This document shows positions 1-12,221 of a stretch of 64,000 nucleotides of DNA, one piece after another; position 1 is the stretch's first letter; each line of letters begins with the position of its first letter. The translations under genes and the position numbers were made by a program. The stretch comes from Anthoceros angustus (taxonomy: Eukaryota; Plantae; Anthocerotophyta): NCBI GenBank assembly GCA_010909165.1, contig VJWM01000144.1, positions 310,001 to 374,000 on the forward strand, written 5' to 3'. Below the pieces are notes generated by a model. That model made no database searches and had not been told where the DNA came from. It saw only the letters and a list, made by a program, of their open reading frames with translations.

Positions 1-195
1 CATGGATAGATTAAGGTTGAAAGCGACGGACTTGACAAGAAGAAATGTAAGCTCAAGAGTTTGATCAAGAACGGTTGAGGAGGCCTCACCATCCTTTACC
101 TTGTCCAATTCTCGGGCCCAATGCGCAGATCTAAGTGCGGCTTATCTCGACACGGAGGCCAGTCGATGGTATGCCTGCCGTCTGGGATTGCTCTG

Positions 196-1543
196 AATCA
201 CGGGGTTTGAAAAGAGAATTGATGTGAGTGTTGGTGCGGTGGCAAGTGTGCACAAGCAACTTGAACGAAAGTGCTTGCCTACACAAGTATTGACGCAACC
301 CTCTCCAAACCCGGTGTATTGCACCTCTTTGGAGTATAAGTGCGCCGGACGTTCGGTGCACTCCAGCTCTTTGGAGCATAAGTGCGCCAGTCATCCGCCA
401 CTTGGTACAAAGGTGTGTCCGGCATTTGTGCGGACGGTGGGCACATTAGGTCTTCCTTGGGCTCGGATGCATGGGCTGTGGGTTCGCAAATCAAGCAGTG
501 AAATGAGACATGTGCATTTCGGATGGTTAGCCAAAATGGGGTTCGAGACAAACCCTATCTTTGAGAAACACTGCTTTTGGTTGTTCTGTTTTATCAAGTA
601 GTTTACATGCTTTTTTGAATCTCTTTGAGTGTAGTGTTGTAACTTTGATAATCCTTGTGTCGTTAATGTTAATGCGTCATTCGCATCGCGCTTTTGGATG
701 TTAAATGATGTGTTATTCATTTGGTGTTTGTCTTCATTTTGTACCTTCGTCTTTTGTACCTATTGTCGCAAGTAGGACCGAGTTGTGTTAGCGACTCCAA
801 TTTGTTATTGGTCCGGAATGTTTTAAGCCGTGTTTGAAGTTTTTAAGTCTTGCGTTAGTTTTTAAGTTTGCTCAATCAATCACGGGTTTGAAAAGAGAAT
901 TGATGTGAGTGTTGGTGCGGTGGCAAGTGTGCACAAGCAACTTGAACGAAAGTGCTTGCCTACACAAGTATTGACGCAACCCTCTCCAAACCCGGTGTAT
1001 TGCACCTCTTTGGAGTATAAGTCGGACGTCGGCACTCCAAATTTTGAGCATAAGTGCCACCATCCGCCACTTGGTACAAAAGTGTGTCCGCCATTTGTGC
1101 GGACGGTGGGCACATTAGGTCTTCCTTGGGCTCGGATGCATGGGCTGTGGTTCGCAAATCAAAAAACAGTGAAATGAGACATGTGCATTTCGGATGGTTG
1201 GGGCCAAAATGGGGTTCGAGACAAACCCTATGCGCCGAAACACTGCTTTTGGTTGTTCATGTTTTATCAAGTAGTTTACATGCTTTTTTGAATCTCTTTG
1301 AGTGTAGTGTTGTAACTTTGATAATCCTTGTGTCGTTAATGTTAATGCGTCATTGCATCGCGCTTTTGGATGTTAAATGATGTGTTATTCATTTGGTGTT
1401 TGTCTTCATTTTGTACCTTCGTCTTTTGTACCTATTGTCGCAAGTAGGACCGAGTTGTGTTAGCGACTCCAATTTGTTATTGGTCCGGAATGTTTTAAGC
1501 CGTGTTTGAAGTTTTTAAGTCTTGCGTTAGTTTTTAAGTTTGC
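196..1543. repeat. Direct tandem repeat, two ~670-bp near-identical copies (196-871, 878-1543)
   Basis: Both copies run from aatcacggg..tttgaaaagagaattg to ...tttaagtttgc. Lies upstream of the recombinase-like gene. Confidence 0.9.
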
Positions 1544-2322
1544 GTTCAATATGTTATATCGTTGTTCTTTGTCTATGATCCGCTCTCCAGTTCTTGATTC
1601 CCTTCTGCTTTTGTGTATTGCGCTTAGTCCAACTGTAATTGTATTACCTTGGAATCTCAGGCTCAGAAGGCAACGATACCCTATCAACTGGTACGTGCCA
1701 TAACCTAAGTTTGCGCAAGCTCGTTTAAGTATGGGACGTCCTAGTTGCATGATTGAGTTGCTCCTATAATATAATTGTTGTCATCGACTTACATGAAGGT
1801 AGTAATCTAATCCTTTTTTTGTGTGTGTAGGCTTCATTGTTCATCGTGTGAAGGGTTGGCTCGCCAACATTCGATTCGTGCTCGTGAATCAGATAACCAT
1901 TTCTTACTGAATTTGAAGTCACGATTGAATCTCCTAGTATGCGTTGTCTCAGAATGCTTGTGCACCGGGCTAACATTATTTTTGGTTGTTTTGTCTCCAC
2001 ATGTCTTATTTGGCAAAAGGTCTTTTAATTACAGGAAGTATGTGGGTATTGTTTGGGAAGGAGTTATCTGCTCACTAACATAAAGTGGAGGGATTTCAAA
2101 ATTTTACAATGTGTATATTCAATGAATGTTTTGTGCCATATCCCCACACTCCTATCCTCGCCTTGGATTGTTTTATAATCATCTGTTAGACCCTTCAACA
2201 GTTCCTATTTGGAAGTTCAACACCACGTAAGTGTTTTCCTAGTTGTGTTTTGCTTGTTGTCAAGTTCTCTTTCAAGATGTTGGTGTTCCTTGACCACTCT
2301 AACGCTATTGTGGCTTTTGCAG

Positions 2323-5300
2323 ATGGCTCCTAAAAGAAAACCCACTGGACCTGCTGGACCGGGAAAAAAACAAGGATCTCTAGCTGAAGTTATGGCCAAG
2401 CCGTACACAAGACAGCGTGTCAAATCCGCAATTCGCCATACTACAACTCATCCACTGCAGGATGATGGTAAAGTTGATGGTGTGTTGGTGCACAGTGAAG
2501 GAACTTATTTAGTTTCGAAAAAAGACATTCCCAAACCGCCAAGGCACTTCTCATCTAAGAAAGATGCTCGGCGTGCGGTGAGCTTGTAAGAGGAGAAGGG
2601 TGGACACTCAACTGTGGCATTGGTTGAAGGTCCTCTTGCAGATCACTAACTATGTCCCATGTTTGAGAGAGGGGTCCAGCTTGTGGGGAGAATGATTTTT
2701 GATATCGGCGATCCTATGGTTGTGAGCGCCAAAGTATGTTTGCGTCTAGGGATTTGTGTCGTGTTGAACAGAGCATGGCTGGCCAATTTTTCATGCCTGC
2801 TTGATTCTCGACCTCAAGTCATCCTTGATCAAGAATTCCTTGATATGTTTGAGAGGTTGAGTGTGCTGGTCCTGAGGATGATTTTGCTATGGGCATGGAA
2901 GAAATTGATGATGAAGCAAACTTTAGAGAGCAGGGATTTGACCCCTCTGTCCCCGAGGGAGCTGTGAATGATGCTTTGAGTGGTGGGGAGGATAAGTCTA
3001 AACGGCAAAATAACTGGTGCCGAAGTCGTCTGAAGGCTTTTATGAAAGTGAGTGGTGTCAGGGGTTGGGATAGTGCTGTTGAGGATATCCCGCATAAGGA
3101 TCTAAACCTAATTCTAATACCCTTTTTCCATCAAGTGCGAAACACGAAGACAACTCGAGATTTTCTCCGAAACATAAGTTCTTTGTGAGTTCTTGTGTTT
3201 TCTCGTGAGAGAAACATGAGTTCTTCGTTTACCGCTTTAAGTTTATCTGACTATGACTTTACCTTGTGCAGTGAAGGAACTTATTTAGTTTCGAAAAAGA
3301 CATTCCCAAACCGCCAAGGCACTTCTCATCTAAGAAAGATGCTCGGCGTGCGGTGAGCTTGTCGAAGAGGAGAAGGGTGGACACTCAACTGTGGCATTGG
3401 TTGAAGGTCCTCTTGCAGATCACTAACTATGTCCCGTGTTTGAGAGAGGGGTCCGGTTGTGGGGAGAATGATTTTTGATATCGGCGATCCTATGGTTGTG
3501 AGCGCCAAAGTATGTTTGCGTCTAGGGATTGTGTCGTGTTGAGCAGGATCGTTACAGGCTGGCCAATTTTTCATGCCTTTGATTCGACCAAGTCATCCTT
3601 GATCAAGAATTCCTTGATATGTTTGAAGGTCAAGTGTCTGGTCACGAAGATGACTTTGCTATGGGTATGGAAGAAATTGATGATGAAGCAAACTTGAGAG
3701 CGGATTTGACCCCTCGGTCCGAGGGAGCTGTGAATGATGCTTTGAGTGGTGGGAGGATAGGTCTAAACGGCAAAATAAGCGGTGCCGAATTTCAAGGCTT
3801 TTATGAAAGTGAGTGGTGTGGGGTTGGGACAATGCTGTTGAGGATATTCGCATAAGGATCTAAACCTAATTCTAATACCTTTTTCCATCAAGTGCGAAAC
3901 ACGAAGACAACTCGAGATTTTCTCCGAAACATAAGTTCTTTGTGAGTTCTTGTAGAGAGAAACATGAGTTCTTCTGTTTTCATGCTTTAAGTTTATCTGA
4001 CTATGACTTTACCTTGTGATGTCTTTCTTCCGGGTTTCAACCGAATTTTAACAAGGAAGTGCATTGGACCGAGCCGTGGCTCGACATTCTGTGATAAACA
4101 TGCTTCACGGATTTTCCATGGGGCCCAGCAGCTCTTGTTGCATCCATGAAAATCAAGGACCTCGGATTGTGTCATGTCGAAAGGATGTTAAGTTGATTTC
4201 GGATGATGATGAGCGAATCCTTGCCCATAGAGATCATCAATGTTAATTTGGTCGTGGGGCTCAAAAAGGTACTTTTGTTCTTTGTGGTTTGCGATCCTAG
4301 GCTACCTCAAATTCTAATGCCTAAATTGTATTGCAGGTGTGCGTATTTTTGCATGAACAGGTTTGGAGTCCGAGGCGGGGAAGAGTTACATAATCTTCTT
4401 ATCAGGGACTTCTCATTTTCATCAAATTCGGGCGGACAATTTGTACAGTAAGTAATTCTCTTTTGTTTTGTGGTCCTTGTTTCATTTGGTGTGTGTCTTT
4501 TGTTTCATTTGGTGTGTGTCTTTTGTTTCAGATATGAAGAACGGCTTTCAAAGAATTACAAAGTTGACATGAAGAATTACCAAAGTGAGCACTTCCGCCA
4601 AAGGTCAAAAACTATGAGAAGGACGTTATTGAAACTTTCAAAGTCATATTGATCACTCTCCTAAGTGGATTGCAAACGACAAGAATCATCAATACGGGGT
4701 TTCTTTTCAACTCAACCATTGATAACCCAAGATCAAATGTAAGTTTGTGATTAATTGCTTTGAGCTATTGTGGTTTTGAATGTACTAACTATTAGTTCTA
4801 TTAGCTAGGTGTGGTATGCAAAACTTCGAGTATCGAAAGGAATCTTGTCGAGGTCCATGAAGACTATGGCTTGCCTTGTTGGCCATTACACCAACAAGAG
4901 TTGTCGTAACAATGATTACACATTTGACGATGGCCTGTGTGCCTTCGATCTTTGGGAGAAGTGTCACCGCCATAAAATGATGCTGGATTTTCAAGGTAAG
5001 TATGGTAGCAATTGTGACATTTAAAATTATTTGTATTTTCTTTTCGACGTTATGATGTTTTTCGATATGATCGACCGGTCAAGCAAAACAGTAATCGCAG
5101 CAAGAGTTCTTGTTCGTGAACGAAGATCTTACAAGGAGCTCGATCAAGAACTCAATCGGATGCGTGATGATCCGAGGGTGTTCTTCCGTCAAGCATCACG
5201 GATGTGAGTCCGTAATATTTTCGAGTCACCAAGATCGTCCTTTGCAAGCGCAACGAAATGAGAATGTAAGCTTGAGATGTATAGTAAGTATATGTGGACC

Positions 5301-8300
5301 GTCTCATCCACGTGTTCGATTCTTTTTATTTTCAGGTCTTACCGTTGCCACCCCTTATTCAACATGAAAGCGGACCACAATACATTATCGAACCGAATTT
5401 TTCTTGCACTATGTGGAGCATGCCACAAGTTCAAAGTTGGTCAAGTTCATTTGTTTTAGTTAGTTCATGTAGTTTAAAATGTGTATAACAATGCACCAAC
5501 AATGTGGTCTTCCAGTGAAATTCAATATGTTGACAAGGTTCGAATTTCTTTGTTTGTTTGTTGTTTTTTCATTTGGGGTCCTTCTAATTGTGTGCTTGTT
5601 GGCGATTCGAATCCACCACCGGTGTGAGCAGCGACACTTCCACGTTTCAACATTGAAGAAGCTCGATGGTCAGTGGATTGATGGCCCTTAGTTGGAGGGC
5701 ATTGCCTCAAGTGATTGTTATCGACATCCAAGTTCGTGAGGACAGCGTGGTTGCATTGCCACCTTTGGACATGGTATTGCAGTTGAGAATGCGATGTAAA
5801 TGCAAGGCTTTTATGAAAGTGAGTGGTGTGAGGGGTTGGGACAATGCTGTTGAGGATATTCGCATAAGGATCTAAACCTAATTCTAATACCTTTTTCCAT
5901 CAAGTGCGAAACACGAAGACAACTCGAGATTTTCTCCGAAACATAAGTTCTTTGTGAGTTCTTGTGTTTTCTCGTGAGAGAAACATGAGTTCTTGTGTTT
6001 TCACCGCTTTAAGTTTATCTCGACTATGACTTTACCTTGTGCGGTGATGTCTTTCTTCCGGGTTTCAACCGAATTTTAACAAGGAAGTGCATTGGACCGA
6101 GCCGGCTCGACATTCTGTGATAAACATGCTTCACGGATTTTCCATGGGGCCCAGCTCTTGTTGCATCCATGAAAATCGCAAGGACCTCGGATTGTGTCAT
6201 GTCGAAAGGATGTTAAGTTGATTTCGGATGATGATGAGCGAATCCTTGCCCATAGAGATCATCAATGTTAATTTGGTCGTGGGGCTCAAAAAGGTACTTT
6301 TGTTCTTTGTGGTTTGCGATCCTAGGCTACCTCAAATTCTAATGCCTAAATTGTATTGCGGTGTGCGTATTTTTGCATGAACAGTTTGGAGTCCGAGGCG
6401 GGAAGAGTTACATAATCTTCTTATCGTGGACTTCTCATTTTCATCAAATTCGGACAATTTCTTCCAAGTCCTCAAGGTCATCAATTTCTTTGTTTTGTGG
6501 TCCTTGTTTCATTTGGTGTGTCTTTTGTTTCATTTGGTGTGTGTCTTTTGTTTCGATATGAAGAACGGCTTTCAAAGAATTACAAAGTTGACATGAAGAA
6601 TTACCAAAGTGAGCACTTCCGCCAAAGGTCAAAAACTATGAGAAGGACGTTATTGAAACTTTCAAAGTCATATTGATCACTCTCCTAAGTGGATTGCAAA
6701 CGACAAGAATCATCAATACGGGGTTTCTTTTCAACTCAACCATTGATAACCCAAGATCAAATGTAAGTTTGTGATTAATTGCTTTGAGCTATTGTGGTTT
6801 TGAATGTACTAACTATTAGTTCTATTAGCTAGGTGTGGTATGCAAAACTTCGAGTATCGAAAGGAATCTTGTCGAGGTCCATGAAGACTATGGTCCTTGT
6901 TGGCCATTACACCAACAAGAGTTGTCGTAACAATGATTACACATTTGACGATGGCCTGTGTGCCTTCGATCTTTGGGAGAAGTGTCACCGCCATAAAAGA
7001 TGCTGGATTTTCAAGGTAAGTATGGTAGCAATTGTGACATTTAAAATTATTTGTATTTTCTTTTCCGACGTTATGATGTTTTTCGATATGATCGACCGGT
7101 CAAGCAAAACAGTAATCGCAGCAAGAGTTCTTGTTCGTGAACGAAGATCTTACAAGGAGCTCGATCAAGAACTCAATCGGATGCGTGATGATCCGAGGGT
7201 GTTCTTCCGTCAAGCATCACGGATGTGAGTCCGTAATATTTTCGAGTCACCAAGATCGTCCTTTGCAAGCGCAACGAAATGAGAATGTAAGCTTGAGATG
7301 TATAGTAAGTATATGTGGACCGTCTCATCCACGTGTTCGATTCTTTTTATTTTCAGGTCTTACCGTTGCCACCCTTATTCAACATGAAAGCGGACCACAA
7401 TACATTATCGAACCGAATTTTTCTTGCACTATGTGGAGCATGCCACAAGTTCAAAGTTGGTCAAGTTCATTTGTTTTAGTTAGTTCATGTAGTTTAAAAT
7501 GTGTATAACAATGCACCAACAATGTGGTCTTCCAGTGAAAATTCAATATGTTGACAAGGTTCGAATTTGTCGTTTGTTTGTTGTTTTTTCATTTGGGGTC
7601 CTTCTAATTGTGTGCTTGTTGGCGATTCGAATCCACCACCGGTGTGAGCAGCGACACTTCCACGTTTCAACATTGAAGAAGCTCGATGGTCAGTGGATTG
7701 ATGGCCCTTAGTTGGAGGGCATTGCCTCAAGTGATTGTTATCGACATCCAAGTTCGTGAGGACAGCGTGGTTGCATTGCCACCTTTGGACATGGTATTGC
7801 AGTTGAGAATGCGATGTAAATGCAAGCTTTGAGCTATTGTGGTTTTGAATGTACTAACTATTAGTTCTATTAGCTAGGTGTGGTATGCAAAACTTCGAGT
7901 ATCGAAAGGAATGTCGAAGGTCCATGAAGACTATGGCCGAAGCCGCCTTGTTGGCCATTACACCAACAAGAGTTGTCGTAACAATGATTACACATTTGAC
8001 GATGGCCTGTGTGCCTTCGATCTTTGGGAGAAGTGTCACCGCCATAAAAGATGCTGGATTTTCAAGGTAAGTATGGTAGCAATTGTGACATTTAAAATTA
8101 TTTGTATTTTCTTTTCTCGACGTTATGATGTTTTTCGGATATGATCGACCGGTCAAGCAAAACAGTAATCGCAGCAAGAGTTCTTGTTCTCGGTGAACGA
8201 AGATCTTACAAGGAGCTCGATCAAGAACTCAATCGGATGCGTGATGATCCGAGGGTGTTCTTCCAAGCCCGGATGTGAGTCCGTAATATTTTCGAGTCAC

Positions 8301-9523
8301 CAAGATCGTCCTTTGCAAGCGCAACGAAATGAGAATGTAAGCTTGAGATGTATAGTAAGTATATGTGGACTGCCTCATCCTGTTCGATTCTTTTTATTTT
8401 CAGGTCTTCTGCATTGCCACCCTTATTCAACATGAAAGCGGACCACAATACATTGTCGATCGAACCGAATTTTCTTGCACTATGTGGAGCATGCCACAAG
8501 TTCAAAGTTGGTCAAGTTCATTTGTTTTAGTTAGTTCATGTAGTTTAAAATGTGTATAACAACACCAACAATGTGGTCTTCCGTGAAAATTCAATATGTT
8601 GACAAGGTTCGAATTTGTCGTTTGTTTGTTGTTTTTCATTTGGGGTCCTTCTAATTGTGTGCTTGTTGGCGATTCGAATCCACCACCGGTGTGAGCAGCG
8701 ACACTTCCACGTTTCAACATTGAAGAAGCTCGATGGTCAGTGGATTGATGGCCCTTAGTTGGAGGGCATTGCCTCAAGTGATTGTTATCGACATCAAGTT
8801 CGGAGGACAGAATGTGGTTGCATTGCCACCTTTGGACATGGTATTGCGGTTGAGAATGCGATGTAAATGCAAGCTTTGAGCGGCTTCGAGATCCGCCGAG
8901 AACGCAAGTTGGAGTATGATAAGCGAAGCAGCAATGGAGTTTCAACGTCAAAAGGATTTGCAGTGCACGATCCAAAGGCAGAGGCGTAAAGCGGTTGAGA
9001 ATGCGAGTTGCCAAGCAAAGAGAAAAAGCCCTTGAGATTGAGAGGAGAAGAAATGTGGAGAGAAGACAAGAGCACCTAAAACATCGGGAGAAGCTCAAGC
9101 GGCGGAAAGAGCAGCAGAGATTCAAGATTGCGGTGGCAAAGACAACAGACCAAGAATGAGAATGTGCCTCAAGATCCGCCGCCATGCGCGAAAATCCGTC
9201 TGGATCGAAGTGTATTTGTGCTCTTTTAAATCTATCCTAGTGATTGAAATCTAATTAATGTGTCTAATTAGGTGTCCTGCAGAAGGACAATTTCTTCCAA
9301 GTCCTCAAGGTCATCAATTTCTTGCCAACTATGATAATGTTGGGCAAGTGATGTCAATCAAGCCAAGTGGGCGTGAAAATTTCACATTCAATTTGTACAA
9401 TTGTACGTCAATTTCCCAAAATAAGGTGAGTTATATTGCTTAAGTTTTATAGTGTCCCTAGTTATCAGCCTAATTGTTGTCTTTGTGCTAATTTTTGTTT
9501 TGGTTTTAGGCTTTATCCGGTTG
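2323..9523 (+). mobile_element. Crypton-like (DUF3504/tyrosine recombinase) element with spliceosomal introns, internally re-duplicated and frameshifted
   Basis: ATG 2323 (MAPKRKP, NLS-like) follows an AG acceptor. Motifs: CMNRFGVRGGEELHNL (R at 4371), VWYAKLRV, YTNKSCR.TMIT.L (H/K-x-x-R box), VT(G)HK with a 1-bp loss, then GFSR|YD across an intron (catalytic Tyr). C-terminal FNLYNCT near 9390. This order matches the R..HxxR..H..Y signature of Crypton/DUF3504 recombinases. Confidence 0.7.
2488..8875. repeat. Nested tandem duplications inside the recombinase element (~2488-3265/3266-4020; ~3795-5805/5806-7825; ~4758-5805/7826-8875)
   Basis: Near-identical blocks seen directly. Junctions fall on microhomologies (gtgc.gtga, caag.cttt, gctttgagc). 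Confidence 0.85.
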
Positions 9524-10139
9524 AAGCGAGTTCAACCTATCCCGGTATTTTCTTTGCATTACCTGAATTTGTATTTCATGCATTCGGATATACAGAAACT
9601 CTGCAAAGAAATCATTTCTTTGTTGGTTTTTGTATATCTTGGATCCGCATGAATATTACTTAACAGAAAATGTTTTTGCCAGTTAGCGATATTAGTGGGA
9701 TTTCTATAACGAGCTTCCAAGAGTACCAGTGTGCACTTGGTGGTGATTATTTTTATCCTATTGTCATGCCTGTAATATTGAGGTGGATTATTTTCACCCC
9801 ATTTGGCATACTTTTTACTCGATTGTAATAAATTTTACTATATTGAGTAAAATAATGATCAAAAGGTTAATTCTCTCTCTAAAAATTCACCCCTTCCCCC
9901 CTTAAAAAAACCAACCGGGCGCGTCGAGGCCCCAGACGAGACCGCGACTTTACGTGGAGATGGCTTCAATCTAATGGTCCTTTCCTGTGTTTCCGTGAAA
10001 TCGAGACCAAGCGCCTTCCTTGAGTTTGATGGAAGCTAGTTTCGAGCAGCCAGCAGCTTGAGAAGGTAAACTTACCTCAAGGAATGCTGCTAGTTTGTCC
10101 CATAGCGATTTTGCGCTTGACAATGCGTAATCCTATCTC

Positions 10140-10390
10140 CAATGTGAAGGATGAGCTCGCGTGGGCCTCTAGAGGCATCCTTAATCCATGATGTGAAGGA
10201 TGAGCTCGCGTGGGCCTCTAGAGGCATCCTTAATAATCCATGATGTGAAGGATGAGCTCAGCGTGGGCAAAGACATCCTTAATAATCCATGATGTGAAGG
10301 ATGAGCTCCGCGTGGGCAGAGGCATCCTTAATAATCCATGATGTGAAGGATGAGCTCCGCGTGGGCAGAGGCATCCTTAATAATCCATGC
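10140..10390. repeat. ~46-49-bp tandem repeat (about 5 units) within copia gag
   Basis: Unit atgtgaaggatgagctc(c)gcgtgggc..agaggcatccttaataatcc repeated. Confidence 0.9.
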
Positions 10391-10822
10391 AGGTTCGTCT
10401 GCATGTCCTATGGCTGGTCTAGGTTCCGTGCCATCGACTACATACCATAGTGTTAGCTTTTTAAGGAGGGATTCTACGCTTATTGACCATGTGGCATAAT
10501 TTAGGTGTGTAAGTTTTTCTAGACGATAATTTCTTGCTTGTGTAGCAGAAAGGCTGGAGGATCCCATCGTAAAAGGAGAGGAAGCCTTAAAGGTCTAGCA
10601 AGTGAATGTGATTGCAGTTCGCTGTAATTTGTGCAGGTTGACATTGTACATCTTTGCAATGCTGACAAAGGAAATGTGGGACTTGGATTGTATCGACAAG
10701 TCGTTTCAGCAAGCTTGTGTCCTGCATTTTAAGTTTGTGGATCTGTCCTGAGAGGTTATGGAGCCTCTGTAATTTACAGGATTGATATGATTGATTGTAG
10801 CCCTCCGTTGGAGACAATCATG

Positions 10823-10834
10823 GCTCTGATACCA
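10823..10834 (-). promoter_or_regulatory. Primer-binding site complementary to the tRNA-iMet 3' end
   Basis: Plus strand gctctgatacca = TGGTATCAGAGC on minus. Confidence 0.9.
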
Positions 10835-11209
10835 TGTGATAATGTGGGGAAAAGAAGTTATGGTCACTGATTTTGGTTTCTGGTTGAATGTCTGTGTGAT
10901 GTACAATCAAGAGGCTACTTGTAGCATCTTGAGGAGTCAGTCTCGAAGACACACGTCTGTTCATCTAACGAGTCACGACCCTACGAACCTTGATCGGTTG
11001 CAGCTTACATGAATGCATCAATTAGCAACTGCAACTCGAGGGAGAGTTTTGTTCAGCATAGGACAAGGTAGGTAACGGCAATCGCGGAGTAGCTCATATG
11101 CATCTATGTTGGATCGCCTCACCTTCTGAGAGCCCTTTGAACATTCCCATCCCAGGTTGTTAGTTTATCCGCCAAAACACCGCCGCCAACAATTGATGGC
11201 CTGCCCGAA

Positions 11210-11512
11210 TTCGTTACGCTATTGAATACTGAATCCTGAATCCTACGCTATTCGTTACGCTATTCAATCCTGAATCCTACGCTATTCGTTACGCCATCAC
11301 GCCATCAATCCTGAATCCTACGCTATTCGTTACGCCATCCGATCCGGAATTCTACGCTATATTCAATCCAGAATCCTACGCTGTTCGTTACGCCATTCAA
11401 TCCTGAATCCTACGCTCTTCGTTACGCTATTCAATCCTGAATCCTACGCTATTCGTTACGCTATTCAATCCTGAATCCTACGCTATTCGTTACGCTATTC
11501 AATCCTGAATCC
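11210..11512. repeat. 34-bp minisatellite (aatcctgaatcctacgctattcgttacgctattc)n
   Basis: About 8-9 imperfect units visible. Confidence 0.9.
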
Positions 11513-12221
11513 TCGACAGCGTTACCTGAGTCCTGAGTTGTCTTCCTCCAGTCTTCCAGTGTCCACCTAGTCGCGAATTGCCGGGCCAAAACCACGACGA
11601 CTGCTTCTTGTGCTTGCAGCCGTTTTCTGAGTTGCTACTCGCTAGTACCTGGGGATCTGCAGGCAGAGCAAGTCAAGCTCGTGAGGTAGGTTGGTTGAGA
11701 GCTTGATTCATGACAGTACCTCACTTGTCTGCGGTTTAGCCATCGAAGCACACTGACTGACACGTACCCTTGCTTGAAGCAGCAGGTTCCGGAGCTGTCA
11801 TGGGAGGAGGTCCGACGGAACCGTTGGAGGAAGTGGGAATTGAGCGACGATGACAGTGTGGCTCCCACGCGGCCTGACACCGAAAGAGGTCTTGCTGACC
11901 CAGGGGACTCCAGATCAGTGATGACCTTTTCGGCGCCAGGAAGGGACGCGGCAGTGACGTTCCCTCCGGTGTGTGCTGGATCCTCACCTGCCAGGCCGGC
12001 CGTTGAGACGCTCGACTCCCTCGTTTTGAGATGTGAGGAAGGGAGAATGATGCATTGGACAGAATGGAGTGCGATTCTCCTGTTGTTGTTGTTTCTGAGC
12101 CTTTTTGGGGTTGAGGCCGTTGCTAATGAAACCGCACGCCTGACGGACTTGGAGGATGTCGGAGAGGAGCTTGAAGGTGTCCCTCGGAATGTCGTGCGAG
12201 AGGTTGGAAAGGTGTCACCTG

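Larger units (their letters stand above)
9990..11143 (-). mobile_element. Ty1/copia LTR-retrotransposon 5' remnant (LTR, PBS, gag N-terminus)
   Basis: Minus-strand PBS TGGTATCAGAGC at 10823-10834 abuts a TG..CA-bounded candidate LTR (10835-11143). gag ORF from 10567: LEKLTHLNYATWSISVESLLKKLTLWYVVDGTEPRP..W..KD..A..ELILHI, later SAKSLWDKL. Confidence 0.85.

Noticed and set aside
11210-11512. 34-bp repeats as CRISPR or iterons
   Set aside because: No spacers; a simple tandem repeat.
11774-12221. N-terminal extension of the GTPase ORF with a hydrophobic stretch
   Set aside because: The paralog starts at MASSDA, matching ~12222; upstream openness is probably due to a 1-bp loss at the ATG.
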